Shown here: positions 10,519 to 21,008 of the stretch, piece after piece
How positions within the stretch are numbered: position 1 is the stretch's first letter
Layout: the number at the start of each line of letters is the position of its first letter
Assembly (NCBI GenBank): GCA_963674945.2
Contig: CAXXWQ010000004.1
Coordinates: 1,600,001 to 1,664,000 of the forward strand
Direction: 5' to 3'
DNA: 64,000 nt
Source of the DNA: an uncultured Desulfosarcina sp.
Lineage (GTDB): Bacteria > Desulfobacterota > Desulfobacteria > Desulfobacterales > Desulfosarcinaceae
Notes under the pieces: generated by a model
What the model was told of the DNA's origin: nothing
Database searches by the model: none
What the model saw: only the letters and a program-made list of their open reading frames with translations
Program-made: the position numbers and the translations under genes

Positions 10519-10672
10519 CAGGATTTCCCGTTTCCTCCCGTGGCATAGTACATCATTGGGTGTCGGTTCACGCGATGTTTGCGTTTGTATTTGATCAGGC
10601 GCGGTTCCATCAGGGCGCCCTGCCGGCATAATCTCATGCGAACCTCACTTCCCGGCAAGAAGTGCCGGCACG

Positions 10673-13552
10673 TCATCTGTCTTCAAGCTGCGTACATCGT
10701 TTCTCCAATTCACGATTCACCGATACGCGATCCGTTACCATCCGATGTTCGCCCGATGTTTCGTCGATGGTAATCTTCAATTGCTCCAAATTACGGGATT
10801 GACGCAGGCGGACAAATCGCTTCTCGCGCGTCTTCAGTGGCAGTGCGTTGTTCATTTCCCGTTTGTAGGCACCAAACCGGGTGATGGAGAGTTGTCCGTC
10901 TCGGCGGCGAAAGGCGCCAAGCGCCCTTTCGCATTGTATCAAATCAGCGTGATGGGCAAATTCTCGCCACAAATTCCAGTCTCCTGCCAATGTAAATCCC
11001 TCTAAGGCATGTCGTCCCCGAAACCACAGTCGCTTTTTGAAAAACATGCCCTCTTGCTGGAGCATGGGCCAATGGTGGCCGTCGCACAATCCCTGGCGAA
11101 CGATGGTGGTGGCAGTCGGAACGAGATTTTCCAAAATCTTCTTATCCGTTTCGATCACGAACTGGGGGCCGCCGACCCATTGGACACGGGGAAATCGGGC
11201 ACCAATTTCGGAGAGCATGGCAAGAGCCCCCGGAAGCAACACGTCGTCCGCGTTGATCCATGTCATGAAAGCCTCGGGGGGGGCGGACATGGTATCGAAT
11301 CCCATGGTAACGGCATCGTACATTCCCCGATCCATGAGGCTGGACCAGGAAAACGAAACGCCCCGGCAAAAAACCGGCGCCCCCCCTTTTTCAATGGCGT
11401 CTGCCATCTTTTTTACCTGTTCCACCGTACCATCGACGGAACCGCCGTCTTGCACATGATAATGGATGAAAAAGTCCCCCCGTTGCCGAATCACGCTTGC
11501 CATGGTCTGCGCGATGGTTTTTGCCGCGTTCAGGCTGGGTGTGACGACGAAAAAAGTCTGTGCCAATTCCCATGGAAGACGGGAATCGTATCGGATCCCC
11601 GGTCTTCTGGAATGAACGACGGACACGGGATCCGTCACGGTTTTCAGGCCATCTTGCACAGGGGATGAAATGATCCTCTCCCCATCTACTTCATCTACGG
11701 GAAGGATCGGCCATCGTTTAAAGCATTTGTGATAGAATTCCCGGGCCAGGGAAGTTACCGGCCGCTCTACCAGGGCCAATTCCCCCGTAGGAAAATCACA
11801 TTTCAAGACACGGATGGTCAGAGTTTGTTTCTCGACCACATTCTGCAAGGCCATATCTCTTTCGGTGGTGCAGACGACGGATTCGATCTCCTCCTTATAG
11901 TCATCCACCCGGCGTTGGGAGAGTTGTCCTTCCCGCATTCGGAAAGCCGCCAGCGGCCACTCGATCGTCGCCAAATCGGTGTGAGCGGCAAAAAGACGCC
12001 AAAGGTTCCAGTCGCCGGCAAGGGAGAAGTTTCTGATCGCATTCCCGGCTCGCACCTTTTGCCAGAGCCATCCGCGGAAAAACGTGCCCTCCTGCTGCAG
12101 GTACCACCAATGGGTACCGTCGCATAGGCCCGATTTTACAGCATCGGTCGGGATGTTGCACGGATCCTGTAGGATATGTCGATCTTCTTTTAATATACTC
12201 ACTTTGCCGGAAACCCATGAAACATGCTCGGGAGGAAAAACGGCAGTGACATACCGAATCAGTTCGAAGGCACCCGGCATGAGAATGTCGTCTGCATTGA
12301 GCCAGGTCATGAATGCGTTGGGCGGTATGGACATGGTCTCGAATCCCTTGGCAACAGCGTCGTACATGCCCCGGTCCGGTTCTGAAGAGAAAGTAAAGAG
12401 GACGTTTTCACACTGGATGGGAAACGATCCATCTTCGATCCGGTGCTTCCACTCTGCCAGCTTTTCCATGGTTCCGTCGGTAGAACCGCCGTCTTGCACG
12501 TGGTATCGGATGGAGAAGGAACCAGCCTGTCCGATGATGCTCTGGATCGCCTGATCGATGGTTTTTACCGCGTTGAAACATGGCGTCACCAAATAAATCA
12601 CCGAAACGATATTGACGAAGTAAAAGTCGCTTTTTTTGGGTATGCGGTTTGCGCCGATACACGATCTGCATACCTCGCGTCCGATTTGCGTATACCGTTC
12701 GACCACCTTGTGAAACGGCGTGGATGAATCGTGCTGTCCCTCACTTTCCACGAATGCCATCAACTCTCGGTTGAGGCTTTCGGACAAGGTTTTTGCATCC
12801 AGTTCCGGGCAATGGTTCTCATAGACCACGCGCGACGCACCCTCCCACAGGGCATGGGAAATAAACCACGACTTTTCGGTCCGCTCCGCCTGGATGAGAT
12901 GGTCTACCGCGATGCCGGGGATGTACATGGCATCGAATCCGTATGTCTGAATGGCGATATTGGTGGCCAGTTCTTCATGGGCGAACAAGAGGTCGCCTTT
13001 TCTGCCCAAGGATGTGTTGAATCCCCCGCATTTTCGAAGTGCGGCCATGCGATAGGCGGTATTTGCGCTCACGAGCCATTTATGGAAGTTATCGACGAAA
13101 ATTTCCTCTTCTCCCCAATCAAAAACGGCGAGGGCGTGAAGAAGATGGGTTTTGCGTATCCACTCTGCAGGCGTCTTCTCCCAGATGGGATTGACTTTTC
13201 CCCCGATCACTCCGGCGGCCGGGTACCGGGAAAAGGCATCCAGGATCTTTTCAGCCCAATTCGGCGCGGCGATGGCATCATCGTCGATGTAAGCGAGGAT
13301 ATCGGTGTGACATCTTTCCATGGCGACATTGCGGGCATAGGCAACCCCGGACGCATCGGTGATGACATAGTCCAGGTTCTTTATTCCGGTCAACGCGTCG
13401 CGAAAGGAGATGGACTCATCATTTGACAGGGAATTGTCCACCACGACGATGGTCAGTTCGTCCTGTGAGACGGTTTGTCGCTTAAGCGATTCAAGGCATT
13501 TTTTCAGCAGATTGAATCGGCGATATGTGCAGATGGCAATTGTAAGGGGCAT
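10673..13552 (-). CDS. Triple-domain family 2 glycosyltransferase
   Basis: Three GT-A domains: TIAICTYRR/YIDDDA; LVTPCFNA/QDGGSTDGT/WLNADD; VVTPSLNA/QDGGSVDGT/WINADD. Confidence 0.9.
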   Translation of the reverse strand: MPLTIAICTYRRFNLLKKCLESLKRQTVSQDELTIVVVDNSLSNDESISFRDALTGIKNLDYVITDASGVAYARNVAMERCHTDILAYIDDDAIAAPNWAEKILDAFSRYPAAGVIGGKVNPIWEKTPAEWIRKTHLLHALAVFDWGEEEIFVDNFHKWLVSANTAYRMAALRKCGGFNTSLGRKGDLLFAHEELATNIAIQTYGFDAMYIPGIAVDHLIQAERTEKSWFISHALWEGASRVVYENHCPELDAKTLSESLNRELMAFVESEGQHDSSTPFHKVVERYTQIGREVCRSCIGANRIPKKSDFYFVNIVSVIYLVTPCFNAVKTIDQAIQSIIGQAGSFSIRYHVQDGGSTDGTMEKLAEWKHRIEDGSFPIQCENVLFTFSSEPDRGMYDAVAKGFETMSIPPNAFMTWLNADDILMPGAFELIRYVTAVFPPEHVSWVSGKVSILKEDRHILQDPCNIPTDAVKSGLCDGTHWWYLQQEGTFFRGWLWQKVRAGNAIRNFSLAGDWNLWRLFAAHTDLATIEWPLAAFRMREGQLSQRRVDDYKEEIESVVCTTERDMALQNVVEKQTLTIRVLKCDFPTGELALVERPVTSLAREFYHKCFKRWPILPVDEVDGERIISSPVQDGLKTVTDPVSVVHSRRPGIRYDSRLPWELAQTFFVVTPSLNAAKTIAQTMASVIRQRGDFFIHYHVQDGGSVDGTVEQVKKMADAIEKGGAPVFCRGVSFSWSSLMDRGMYDAVTMGFDTMSAPPEAFMTWINADDVLLPGALAMLSEIGARFPRVQWVGGPQFVIETDKKILENLVPTATTIVRQGLCDGHHWPMLQQEGMFFKKRLWFRGRHALEGFTLAGDWNLWREFAHHADLIQCERALGAFRRRDGQLSITRFGAYKREMNNALPLKTREKRFVRLRQSRNLEQLKITIDETSGEHRMVTDRVSVNRELEKRCTQLEDR

Positions 13553-13632
13553 TTTCTATGTCCAAACCCACCGATTGCCCGTCCATGAAATGGCACGTTT
13601 GCCCCATATCCGTACAGGCAATGACGAATGGT

Positions 13633-15225
13633 TCATAACGATTGCGGACCGGACCATTTCCGCTGGAAGGCTTCGATTTCCATTTTCGTAAACATTCTTT
13701 CGACAATTGGAGATGAATAGACCTCTTGCAGAAACCCACTGTCGAAACCGATTCGAGGCGTTCCCTCCACTTTGAATGTGCTGCACCGGGCCATTGACAC
13801 CCGGCCAGCATTCTCTATTCCCAAAAACGTACGTAACATGGGCGAAAGGATCCGGGGCAGATCATGGAACCGGTAAAGAAGTACCTGGACCCGTCCCCGG
13901 CCGAAAGTACGGTATCCATCGCCAAGATCCAGTGGACCGATAAACGAATCTTCTCCACTGGCTTTTCGCAACCGGTCAAACAATCTGTCAAAAAAGCCGT
14001 CGAACTTCGACAGCCACTTTCGAATACGCGCTTTCATTCTCCCCGCATCGGCTTCATCGGAAAGAGGCCATGTATCATGGATACAAAGGGCGCTTTCCAA
14101 AGGATCTCGGAGGCCGATGATGATTTTCCAGCAAAGTGGGATATCAGGAGAAAGGAGCAACCGTTCAAGGGCACACGCTACCGCATCACGGGAGTTTTCC
14201 TCATGTTCTGGCGCTTGGAGGTCGAAAAAATATCGACAGACCGGAAAGACTTGGCGTTGCACCTGGTCCAGGATTTGGCGAATACAACGCCCCCCTGCGC
14301 CACCAGGATCCACGATGGGAATCACCCAGTCTCCCCTCGTTGCCATCCGATCATGTTCCACGAATGCACAACGGGTTTCTGCACATTTCTCGACACTTGC
14401 GGGAAGAAAAAAGAGTTCCTTTTCTTCGATAAGTGTCTTCGCCATGTCCCGATCCAGTGCTTCCTTCACCGTCCATTCCCGGCGAATCTGGTAACCGATA
14501 TCCCGTGCCAAACGAAATTGGTATTTCTCCTCTACCGGCAGATGTTCGGCGAGTCGATCCACGAACGAAAAATTGTTCGGATCCCAATAACTCGGCCGCA
14601 ACTGCTTTTGACCGGTCTGGGTTTCCAGAGAGTGGTTGAAAACACCCAGGACGGTATCGATCTTTGTAATGGGAAAGCGAAGTGCAGCCTCCATGAGGAA
14701 CTCGAGATCGTGTTTGTCACCTGTTTTCTCGTTAAGTGGAACCGCCTCCTGAACTTCTCTCAAGTAAAAATATCCGACGGGATTGACACAAAAAGCGTCG
14801 GGTTCCCAATGCCGCAAGATGGCATCAAATCGGGTCTTGGGATCGCAGATCCACTCACGGATGCCCTCCGGCTTTTCGGATCGCACCCGAACCTTTCCCA
14901 TGACAATCTTTGCCCCCTTTTGAAAGCGGGAGACCACGGATGAAAATGCACCATCCACGTAATAATCGTCGGCATTCAAATAGCCGACGATCTGACCGGT
15001 GGCCATGGCGAATCCTTTGTTCATTGCGTGCACCTGTCCCCTGTCCGTTTCCGATACCCATCTAAGGTGGGGATAGGCCTTGAGAATGTCCAGTGCACCG
15101 TCCGTGGAGCCGCCATCCACGATGATGTGTTCGAAATCCGGATAACCTTGGGCCGTAACACTTAAAATCGCCGTTTCGATGGTGGCCTTGCAGTTAAATG
15201 ACGGCGTGATGACGGAAATTTTCAA
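13633..15225 (-). CDS. GT2 glycosyltransferase fused to a degenerate sulfotransferase-like (NKWYS-type) C-terminal domain
   Basis: ISVITPSFN, DGGSTDG, YLNADD; C-terminal KIIIGLRDPLES and YSS...EIEAFQRKW. Confidence 0.8.
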   Translation of the reverse strand: MKISVITPSFNCKATIETAILSVTAQGYPDFEHIIVDGGSTDGALDILKAYPHLRWVSETDRGQVHAMNKGFAMATGQIVGYLNADDYYVDGAFSSVVSRFQKGAKIVMGKVRVRSEKPEGIREWICDPKTRFDAILRHWEPDAFCVNPVGYFYLREVQEAVPLNEKTGDKHDLEFLMEAALRFPITKIDTVLGVFNHSLETQTGQKQLRPSYWDPNNFSFVDRLAEHLPVEEKYQFRLARDIGYQIRREWTVKEALDRDMAKTLIEEKELFFLPASVEKCAETRCAFVEHDRMATRGDWVIPIVDPGGAGGRCIRQILDQVQRQVFPVCRYFFDLQAPEHEENSRDAVACALERLLLSPDIPLCWKIIIGLRDPLESALCIHDTWPLSDEADAGRMKARIRKWLSKFDGFFDRLFDRLRKASGEDSFIGPLDLGDGYRTFGRGRVQVLLYRFHDLPRILSPMLRTFLGIENAGRVSMARCSTFKVEGTPRIGFDSGFLQEVYSSPIVERMFTKMEIEAFQRKWSGPQSL

Positions 15226-18200
15226 TTTGCCATACCCTGGAGGTGTTGATCGATTTTCCTTGCCATCTTCCGTGTCTCGATCACATGCTTTTCGGCCATC
15301 TGTTGCAAGTACACATTGGCATCCTTAACCCGATGGAGATCCATCGCCTTTTTTGCCGCGTCGGTGTATGAATAGTAATAAAGTGGATATTTTTCTCCCA
15401 AAACCTCACGGATGGCGCCATATGGATTGATTAAAATAGGTGTTTGGCTGGCAATGCAAACCAAGAGAAGATCAAGGCAGCTATCGTCATGGTAATGCGA
15501 AAAGACGATGGCGTGTGACAGGATGGACCGGCATTCCGCGGCATCCGGTTCAGGACAAGCAGAAATCGAATCCAGCATGAAATCGTAAAGGATACGATTT
15601 GTGATGAGGTGTTTTTTTTCAGCCGCCATGATGGCATCCAAATACGAAGAGCATCCCTGTATCCATACCTTCTTCATCTTTTGGACTGGCAACAGGTGGA
15701 TGCCGTGTGCACGTTGCATCCACCACCCCACTTGAACGATCTGCTTTTTATCATCGGATGCATAGGAATCAAAAGACCATTTTTCTCGTACATGGGGCAA
15801 CGGGAATCGGATAACGTGTACGGGAAGACCGGTGAACGGTTTGAGCCGCCTGGCATGGGAAGTGGACTGAACAAAAAGTCCCCGGCACATGGTACGAGAA
15901 CGTTTCCAATGGTCCGAAAAGAACGAAGCACCATTGCAAAACTGGCCATAGGGCGGTTTATGTGCCAACCATTCCGGTAAGTGGGCGGGCGGGGCATGCA
16001 CAAAACCGACCCAGGGTTTCTCCATGGGAAGTTTTCTTTCCCTCAATGCTGATTCGACGCAGGGTACCACGTCAATGGTCCCGCTTCCCATGGATTCGAT
16101 CTTCATTGTGAGTTGGGGGGATCTTGTGCCGGTGGTCGGATCACCGGCAAGTGAGGACCAGAGGCACCACGTGTGTTCGGCTTCACCAGAAGGAAAGGAT
16201 GCCTGTAGAGAGGTGGCAGAAGGGATGGCATCCTTATTGATTTCAGCATGGACGTTTCGATAGAAATCATCCAGCCGCAGATTCATCCATGGTGAGGCGA
16301 AATGGTCGAGATAAAAAGAGACGCTCCCGGCCCCCAACTGTTGCGTCAGTGCCTTGTCTCCATGTAAAACGATCACCGCTTGGGCGATGTCCTTGGCGTC
16401 TCCCTTCTCCAGAATATATCCATTCCTGCCATGGTCGATAAGCAATCCGATGTTGGAACGGGGAAGGATCACCGGCTTTCCCATGGCAAAATACTCGGGC
16501 AACTTGCATGGAATCCGAAAATCGTTAAAATCTCCCGGATTGCCGGGCTGTACAAAATAATCGGCTGCCGCCATGATCTCTGGCAGCTTTTCCCGATCCA
16601 CCCAACCCAGATCCCGAAAGAAGCCGTCTGCCGTGGCATTGGCCCACGGCCAGGATTTGTCGCTTCTTCCGGTTCGAATGAGCGTGGTTGGTATTTTTTC
16701 CTCATTTAGGATCTCGACCGCCCGATACAACGATGCCACTTCGTCCTGATTTGCCCCGTGTACGTTTCCGGTATACACAAGCACCCGATGGTCTTCCGGG
16801 ATCTCCAGTCGATGTCGCAATGCCCGGTTGATGGGCCGGGGATAAAAGAGCCGCTCGTCGACCACGGGCATGATGGTCAGACTTGGGATATCGGCATAGT
16901 TGAATGCTTCCAGTGCGCCGATCACCATGGTGATGCCATCGGCGTTCTCTATCCACCTCCGCCCGTGAATCGGATGGTAGGCATCGGCAGGGACAAGACG
17001 ATCGAGTTGATCCACGGAAAGCGATTGTAATGTGCTCCATGCTTCTCCTACGGCCGCTTCTGTAAGGTACTCCTCGTTGTCCTCCAGATGAACGATCGTC
17101 TGAAAACAATATCGTTTTTCGAGTCTGCGACAAAATTTCCGTACACGTTCCCTTGGTGTCCATGCATGAACGATGTCCGGTCCACGGCCATTGTTAAAAC
17201 ATAGTCCAACCGTTTCGATGTCCCCGAAGCTGAGAATCTGGCAGGTGATCTCACCACCGAGGTCTTTAAAATCTTTTTCTTTATCGGGTACGGCGATGAT
17301 ACAATTTATCCCCTGATCCATGAGTCGTTCGGCATGATGGTATGCCTGATATCCGCTGTTGGAAGATGCACTTCCATAAAGGATAATAAGTACGTTCAAA
17401 GATTGCAGCTTCTCGTTTTGGTGAGGACCTTCGGGGCCGCCCGAAAAAATCCGCTCACCGACGGTACCCTTAAATTGCGCCTCTATCGCCGGTGCGACGT
17501 CATGACCGGCGTCCAGGCCAATCTGCATGTAGTGCACCAGCGGGTTCTCGCCTTTTTCCTCGCCGCCCATGTATGTTTCCATGTACCATTTTCCGTTAAA
17601 AAAGGGGCTGGGATTGTGGTCCCCCCTGTGACCGAACCGAAGGTAGTGGGCCAAGGGATTGAGCCCCGATGACGTCACACCCGGATACGTCCGAAGGTAC
17701 CACTTCGTGTCGAATAGCGGGTTTGGATCCCGGCCGTCCGCCACGCAGAAATCCAGAAAATGGGCCAGGGGACTGACTCCGGTTTCCACTACATCACCGT
17801 AGGTGCCCCGGTACCAGTCCGTATCGAAAAGTGGGTTCGGGTCTCGCCCCTCTTTTTCTCCGACCTCAAGATAGTGGGCCAACGGGTTGATGCCCGATGA
17901 CGTCACGTCATCATTTTGTTGCAGATACCAAGTTGTATGGAACAACGAATTGGGGTTGCGACCATCTTCGACGCCGAAACGGATGAAGTGGGCAAGAAGA
18001 CTGGTTTCCGACTTTGCGACATCCGGATAGGTCTTCGCATACCAGCGGGAATCGAACAAGGCGTTGGGATTGCGCCCCTCTTTCTCTCCGACTCTCAAAT
18101 AGTGGGCCAACGGGTTGACACCGGAATCCGCTACGTCTTCATATTCTTTCAGATACCAAGCCGTGTTGAATAACGGATTGGGATTGCACCCCTGTGCCAG

Positions 18201-21008
18201 CCCGTCGGTCAGGTAATGAGCCAATGGATTCTGGCCGGCGGCGGCAACTTCAGTATACCGTTTCAAATACCAGTCTGTATCGAACAAGGCATTGGGGTCC
18301 CGCCCCTCTCCAACACCAACCGTCAAATAATGGATCAGGGGATTGATCCCCGACTCCGCCACATCACCGTAGGTTTTGACATACCATTTCGTGTCAAACA
18401 GCGGGTTAGGATCACGCCCCTCCTTCGCCCCGAATTCTAAAAAATGAATCAGCGGGTTGGTACCGGAGGCAGCCACATCCGGATACATATTCAGATACCA
18501 GGTCGCATCGAACAGGGGATGGGGATGACGCCCTTGTTTCGCACCCGCATACAGATAGTGAACCAAGGGATCCATGCCGGATGGAATGACATCCGGATAT
18601 CGGTTTGAATACCAAACCGAATCGAATAGTGGATGGGGCGTGTATCCTGCTGCGGAGCCGACCTCTATGTAATGGACCAAGGGATTGGTTTCCGATTTTC
18701 CCGACTCCTTGCAGGTTCGTCTATACCAGGCGGTATCGAACAAGGGGTTGGGATCCCGGCTGTCTGATTGGCCGAAGGAGAAGAAATGAACCAACGGATT
18801 CTCGTCGGACTGCGCCACATCCGGGTATTTCTGCAGGTACCACCGGGCGTCGAAAAGCGGATGGGGCAGGTATCCCTTTTTGCCACCAGCCGCCAGATAG
18901 TGGGCCAAGGGATTAACGCCCGAACGAAGGGCATCCGGATAACGGTCCAGGTACCATTCGGTATCGAACAGTGGGTTGGGGCAACATCCTTTTTCAAAGG
19001 CGCAATCCAAAAAATGTGCCAGGGGGTTGGCACCCGATTTTGCAGCATCCGGATAGTGCGTTTGATACCAATTCGTATGAAACAAAGCGTTTGGATTACG
19101 CCCTTCCTCGGCTCCCGTTTCCAGGTAGTGGGCCAGGGGATTTATGCCGGCGGCCGTTACATCCGGGTACGACTGCAAATACCAGGACGTATCAAACAGC
19201 GCATTGGGGTTGCGCCCCTCTGCGGCCCCCTTGTCCAGGTAGTGGGCCAACGGGTTGATGCCGGCGGCCGCCACATCCGGGTACGACTGCAAATACCAGG
19301 ACGTATCAAACAGCGCATTGGGGTTGCGCCCCTCTGCGACCCCCTTGTCCAGGTAGTGGGCCAACGGGTTGATGCCGGCGGCCGCCACATCCGGATACGA
19401 CTGCAAATACCAGGACGTATCAAACAGCGCATTGGGGTTGATACAATCCCGGACGCCATACTTCAGGTAGTGCACCAACGGGTCTGTCTCTCGTACATCC
19501 TCCCCCAGGTGACGATTGGCATACCATCCGTTCTCAAACAACGGATTGGGCTTTCGCCCCTCGTCCTTTCCGTATTTCAGGTAGTGAACCAGAGGGTTGG
19601 TTCCGGACGCCATAACGCCTGGATTGGTCTCTAAATACCAGTCATTCAAAAACAGTGGATTTGGATTGCATCCCTGTTTGAAACCGAGCTGCAAATAGTG
19701 GAGCCGTGGATCCAACCGCGGTCCGAAGGCATGCGGGTAGATGGATTGATACCAATGGCTGTTGAAATATGAATCCAAGATATCAATTTTACGCTTGTTT
19801 TTCAAAACGCCAAGAGAGCGGATGATTCGATTGTAAACGACCAGTGGAATTCTGCCAAATTCAAAAAGTGCAGGCCTGTTCCTCCGGTTCTTTCCATTAT
19901 GATCCGCCTTCTCCAGCGAGTCGATCCGGCTGCGATATACATCCAGCGCCCTTTTCTCGTAATGGCTTGTCTCTCTTCTTTTTCTTTCTACGAGTTCTAT
20001 CCGCCGGTTGCAGGTCTTCCGTGCGGAGGAGAGCACGACCGGATTGTCTTTTGGTTCATGGATCTGCGGTGTTGCTGAAAAGCCGCTTCTCACCATTGCA
20101 GGAGGGACGCCCGACATTGCAACTGATGCCATCTTCGACTGTAACCGTTGGGACAGGCGGCGAACTTGGCCTGTTTCGGCCATATTTTCACTCCGAACCC
20201 ATGCAACTGCCTTTGCGATTTCAACCAGGTTCTCCCTACGCCCCTCTTCGACAAGAGCGACATTGTATAAAAGATCGTAGAACCAGAAAAATTGATCAAA
20301 AGATTTCCAGCCGGGATCATTTATGGGCATTCGACTGATATGATAGTGTTTTCGTTCAGGCTGAATCACACACCGAATGCTGTCGCTGTGCTCTTTCAAG
20401 GATTTTGGAAACGATAGCCCCAATTGTACCTCGACCTGACGTAATGTAGAGACGGGATCTGCAAGCAGTCGGTCGTAAACGACGATGGCAAATGAACTCT
20501 CGCGGCAATCATCGATGGCCGAAAGTGTCGTGGTCAGCCATCTTTGATGCCCATGGCGCAGGTCGAGCCCGCTCTCTTTTCTCATCGAAAGCGCGGTTTC
20601 CCAGGGATGGCGAACGCATAGGACTATGCCAGCCTTTAAATTCCGCTTGTCGAGCAGGTGGGTCCAAAGGGGAATGAGTCGACACAACCGTGAATCGACG
20701 ATTGAAACGAGCCGTTTTTTATCCAATAAAACGTCGATGGCTTGATTGATTTTGGCGTTTGCCTCGCGTGCCTGCTGGGTCTCTTTCCACCATTCCGGTC
20801 GTTTCCCGAACCGGCTACCGGTGTCGTCCAGATCCCGGAAAAATTTTTCGTGCATACGGGAAATGGAATCACGGACGTTATCCTCTCTTTCTCCAAAGCC
20901 CGTTTCAACGCCGAGTTTTTTCAGACAGGCCCCAAGAACCGACAAACCACTTCGGTTTACGCCGGTAACGAATATGCAATCAATCTGTGGTTTCGTGGTT
21001 GACATCAA
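15222..21008 (-). CDS. Giant multidomain glycan-synthesis protein: sulfotransferase-like domain + 20x38-aa repeats + GT4 domain + uncharacterised C-terminal domain
   Basis: N-terminal TGVNRSGLS / VRHPWETALS / YDRLLADP; FDTxWYLxxYPDV...NPLxHY...G..P repeats; GT-B motif IPCKLPEYFAMGKPVI; C-terminal PWVGFVH...VGWW...TPILINP. Confidence 0.85.
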   Translation of the reverse strand: MMSTTKPQIDCIFVTGVNRSGLSVLGACLKKLGVETGFGEREDNVRDSISRMHEKFFRDLDDTGSRFGKRPEWWKETQQAREANAKINQAIDVLLDKKRLVSIVDSRLCRLIPLWTHLLDKRNLKAGIVLCVRHPWETALSMRKESGLDLRHGHQRWLTTTLSAIDDCRESSFAIVVYDRLLADPVSTLRQVEVQLGLSFPKSLKEHSDSIRCVIQPERKHYHISRMPINDPGWKSFDQFFWFYDLLYNVALVEEGRRENLVEIAKAVAWVRSENMAETGQVRRLSQRLQSKMASVAMSGVPPAMVRSGFSATPQIHEPKDNPVVLSSARKTCNRRIELVERKRRETSHYEKRALDVYRSRIDSLEKADHNGKNRRNRPALFEFGRIPLVVYNRIIRSLGVLKNKRKIDILDSYFNSHWYQSIYPHAFGPRLDPRLHYLQLGFKQGCNPNPLFLNDWYLETNPGVMASGTNPLVHYLKYGKDEGRKPNPLFENGWYANRHLGEDVRETDPLVHYLKYGVRDCINPNALFDTSWYLQSYPDVAAAGINPLAHYLDKGVAEGRNPNALFDTSWYLQSYPDVAAAGINPLAHYLDKGAAEGRNPNALFDTSWYLQSYPDVTAAGINPLAHYLETGAEEGRNPNALFHTNWYQTHYPDAAKSGANPLAHFLDCAFEKGCCPNPLFDTEWYLDRYPDALRSGVNPLAHYLAAGGKKGYLPHPLFDARWYLQKYPDVAQSDENPLVHFFSFGQSDSRDPNPLFDTAWYRRTCKESGKSETNPLVHYIEVGSAAGYTPHPLFDSVWYSNRYPDVIPSGMDPLVHYLYAGAKQGRHPHPLFDATWYLNMYPDVAASGTNPLIHFLEFGAKEGRDPNPLFDTKWYVKTYGDVAESGINPLIHYLTVGVGEGRDPNALFDTDWYLKRYTEVAAAGQNPLAHYLTDGLAQGCNPNPLFNTAWYLKEYEDVADSGVNPLAHYLRVGEKEGRNPNALFDSRWYAKTYPDVAKSETSLLAHFIRFGVEDGRNPNSLFHTTWYLQQNDDVTSSGINPLAHYLEVGEKEGRDPNPLFDTDWYRGTYGDVVETGVSPLAHFLDFCVADGRDPNPLFDTKWYLRTYPGVTSSGLNPLAHYLRFGHRGDHNPSPFFNGKWYMETYMGGEEKGENPLVHYMQIGLDAGHDVAPAIEAQFKGTVGERIFSGGPEGPHQNEKLQSLNVLIILYGSASSNSGYQAYHHAERLMDQGINCIIAVPDKEKDFKDLGGEITCQILSFGDIETVGLCFNNGRGPDIVHAWTPRERVRKFCRRLEKRYCFQTIVHLEDNEEYLTEAAVGEAWSTLQSLSVDQLDRLVPADAYHPIHGRRWIENADGITMVIGALEAFNYADIPSLTIMPVVDERLFYPRPINRALRHRLEIPEDHRVLVYTGNVHGANQDEVASLYRAVEILNEEKIPTTLIRTGRSDKSWPWANATADGFFRDLGWVDREKLPEIMAAADYFVQPGNPGDFNDFRIPCKLPEYFAMGKPVILPRSNIGLLIDHGRNGYILEKGDAKDIAQAVIVLHGDKALTQQLGAGSVSFYLDHFASPWMNLRLDDFYRNVHAEINKDAIPSATSLQASFPSGEAEHTWCLWSSLAGDPTTGTRSPQLTMKIESMGSGTIDVVPCVESALRERKLPMEKPWVGFVHAPPAHLPEWLAHKPPYGQFCNGASFFSDHWKRSRTMCRGLFVQSTSHARRLKPFTGLPVHVIRFPLPHVREKWSFDSYASDDKKQIVQVGWWMQRAHGIHLLPVQKMKKVWIQGCSSYLDAIMAAEKKHLITNRILYDFMLDSISACPEPDAAECRSILSHAIVFSHYHDDSCLDLLLVCIASQTPILINPYGAIREVLGEKYPLYYYSYTDAAKKAMDLHRVKDANVYLQQMAEKHVIETRKMARKIDQHLQGMAN
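17490..19770 (-). repeat. Intragenic tandem array, 20 units of 114 bp (38 aa)
   Basis: Counted 20 units from YFNSHWYQ to FNGKWYME; three units at ~19121-19440 are nearly identical at DNA level. Confidence 0.95.

Noticed and set aside
17490..19770. Possible CRISPR array
   Set aside because: The repeats are in-frame 114-bp coding units with no repeat-spacer structure, and there are no cas genes.
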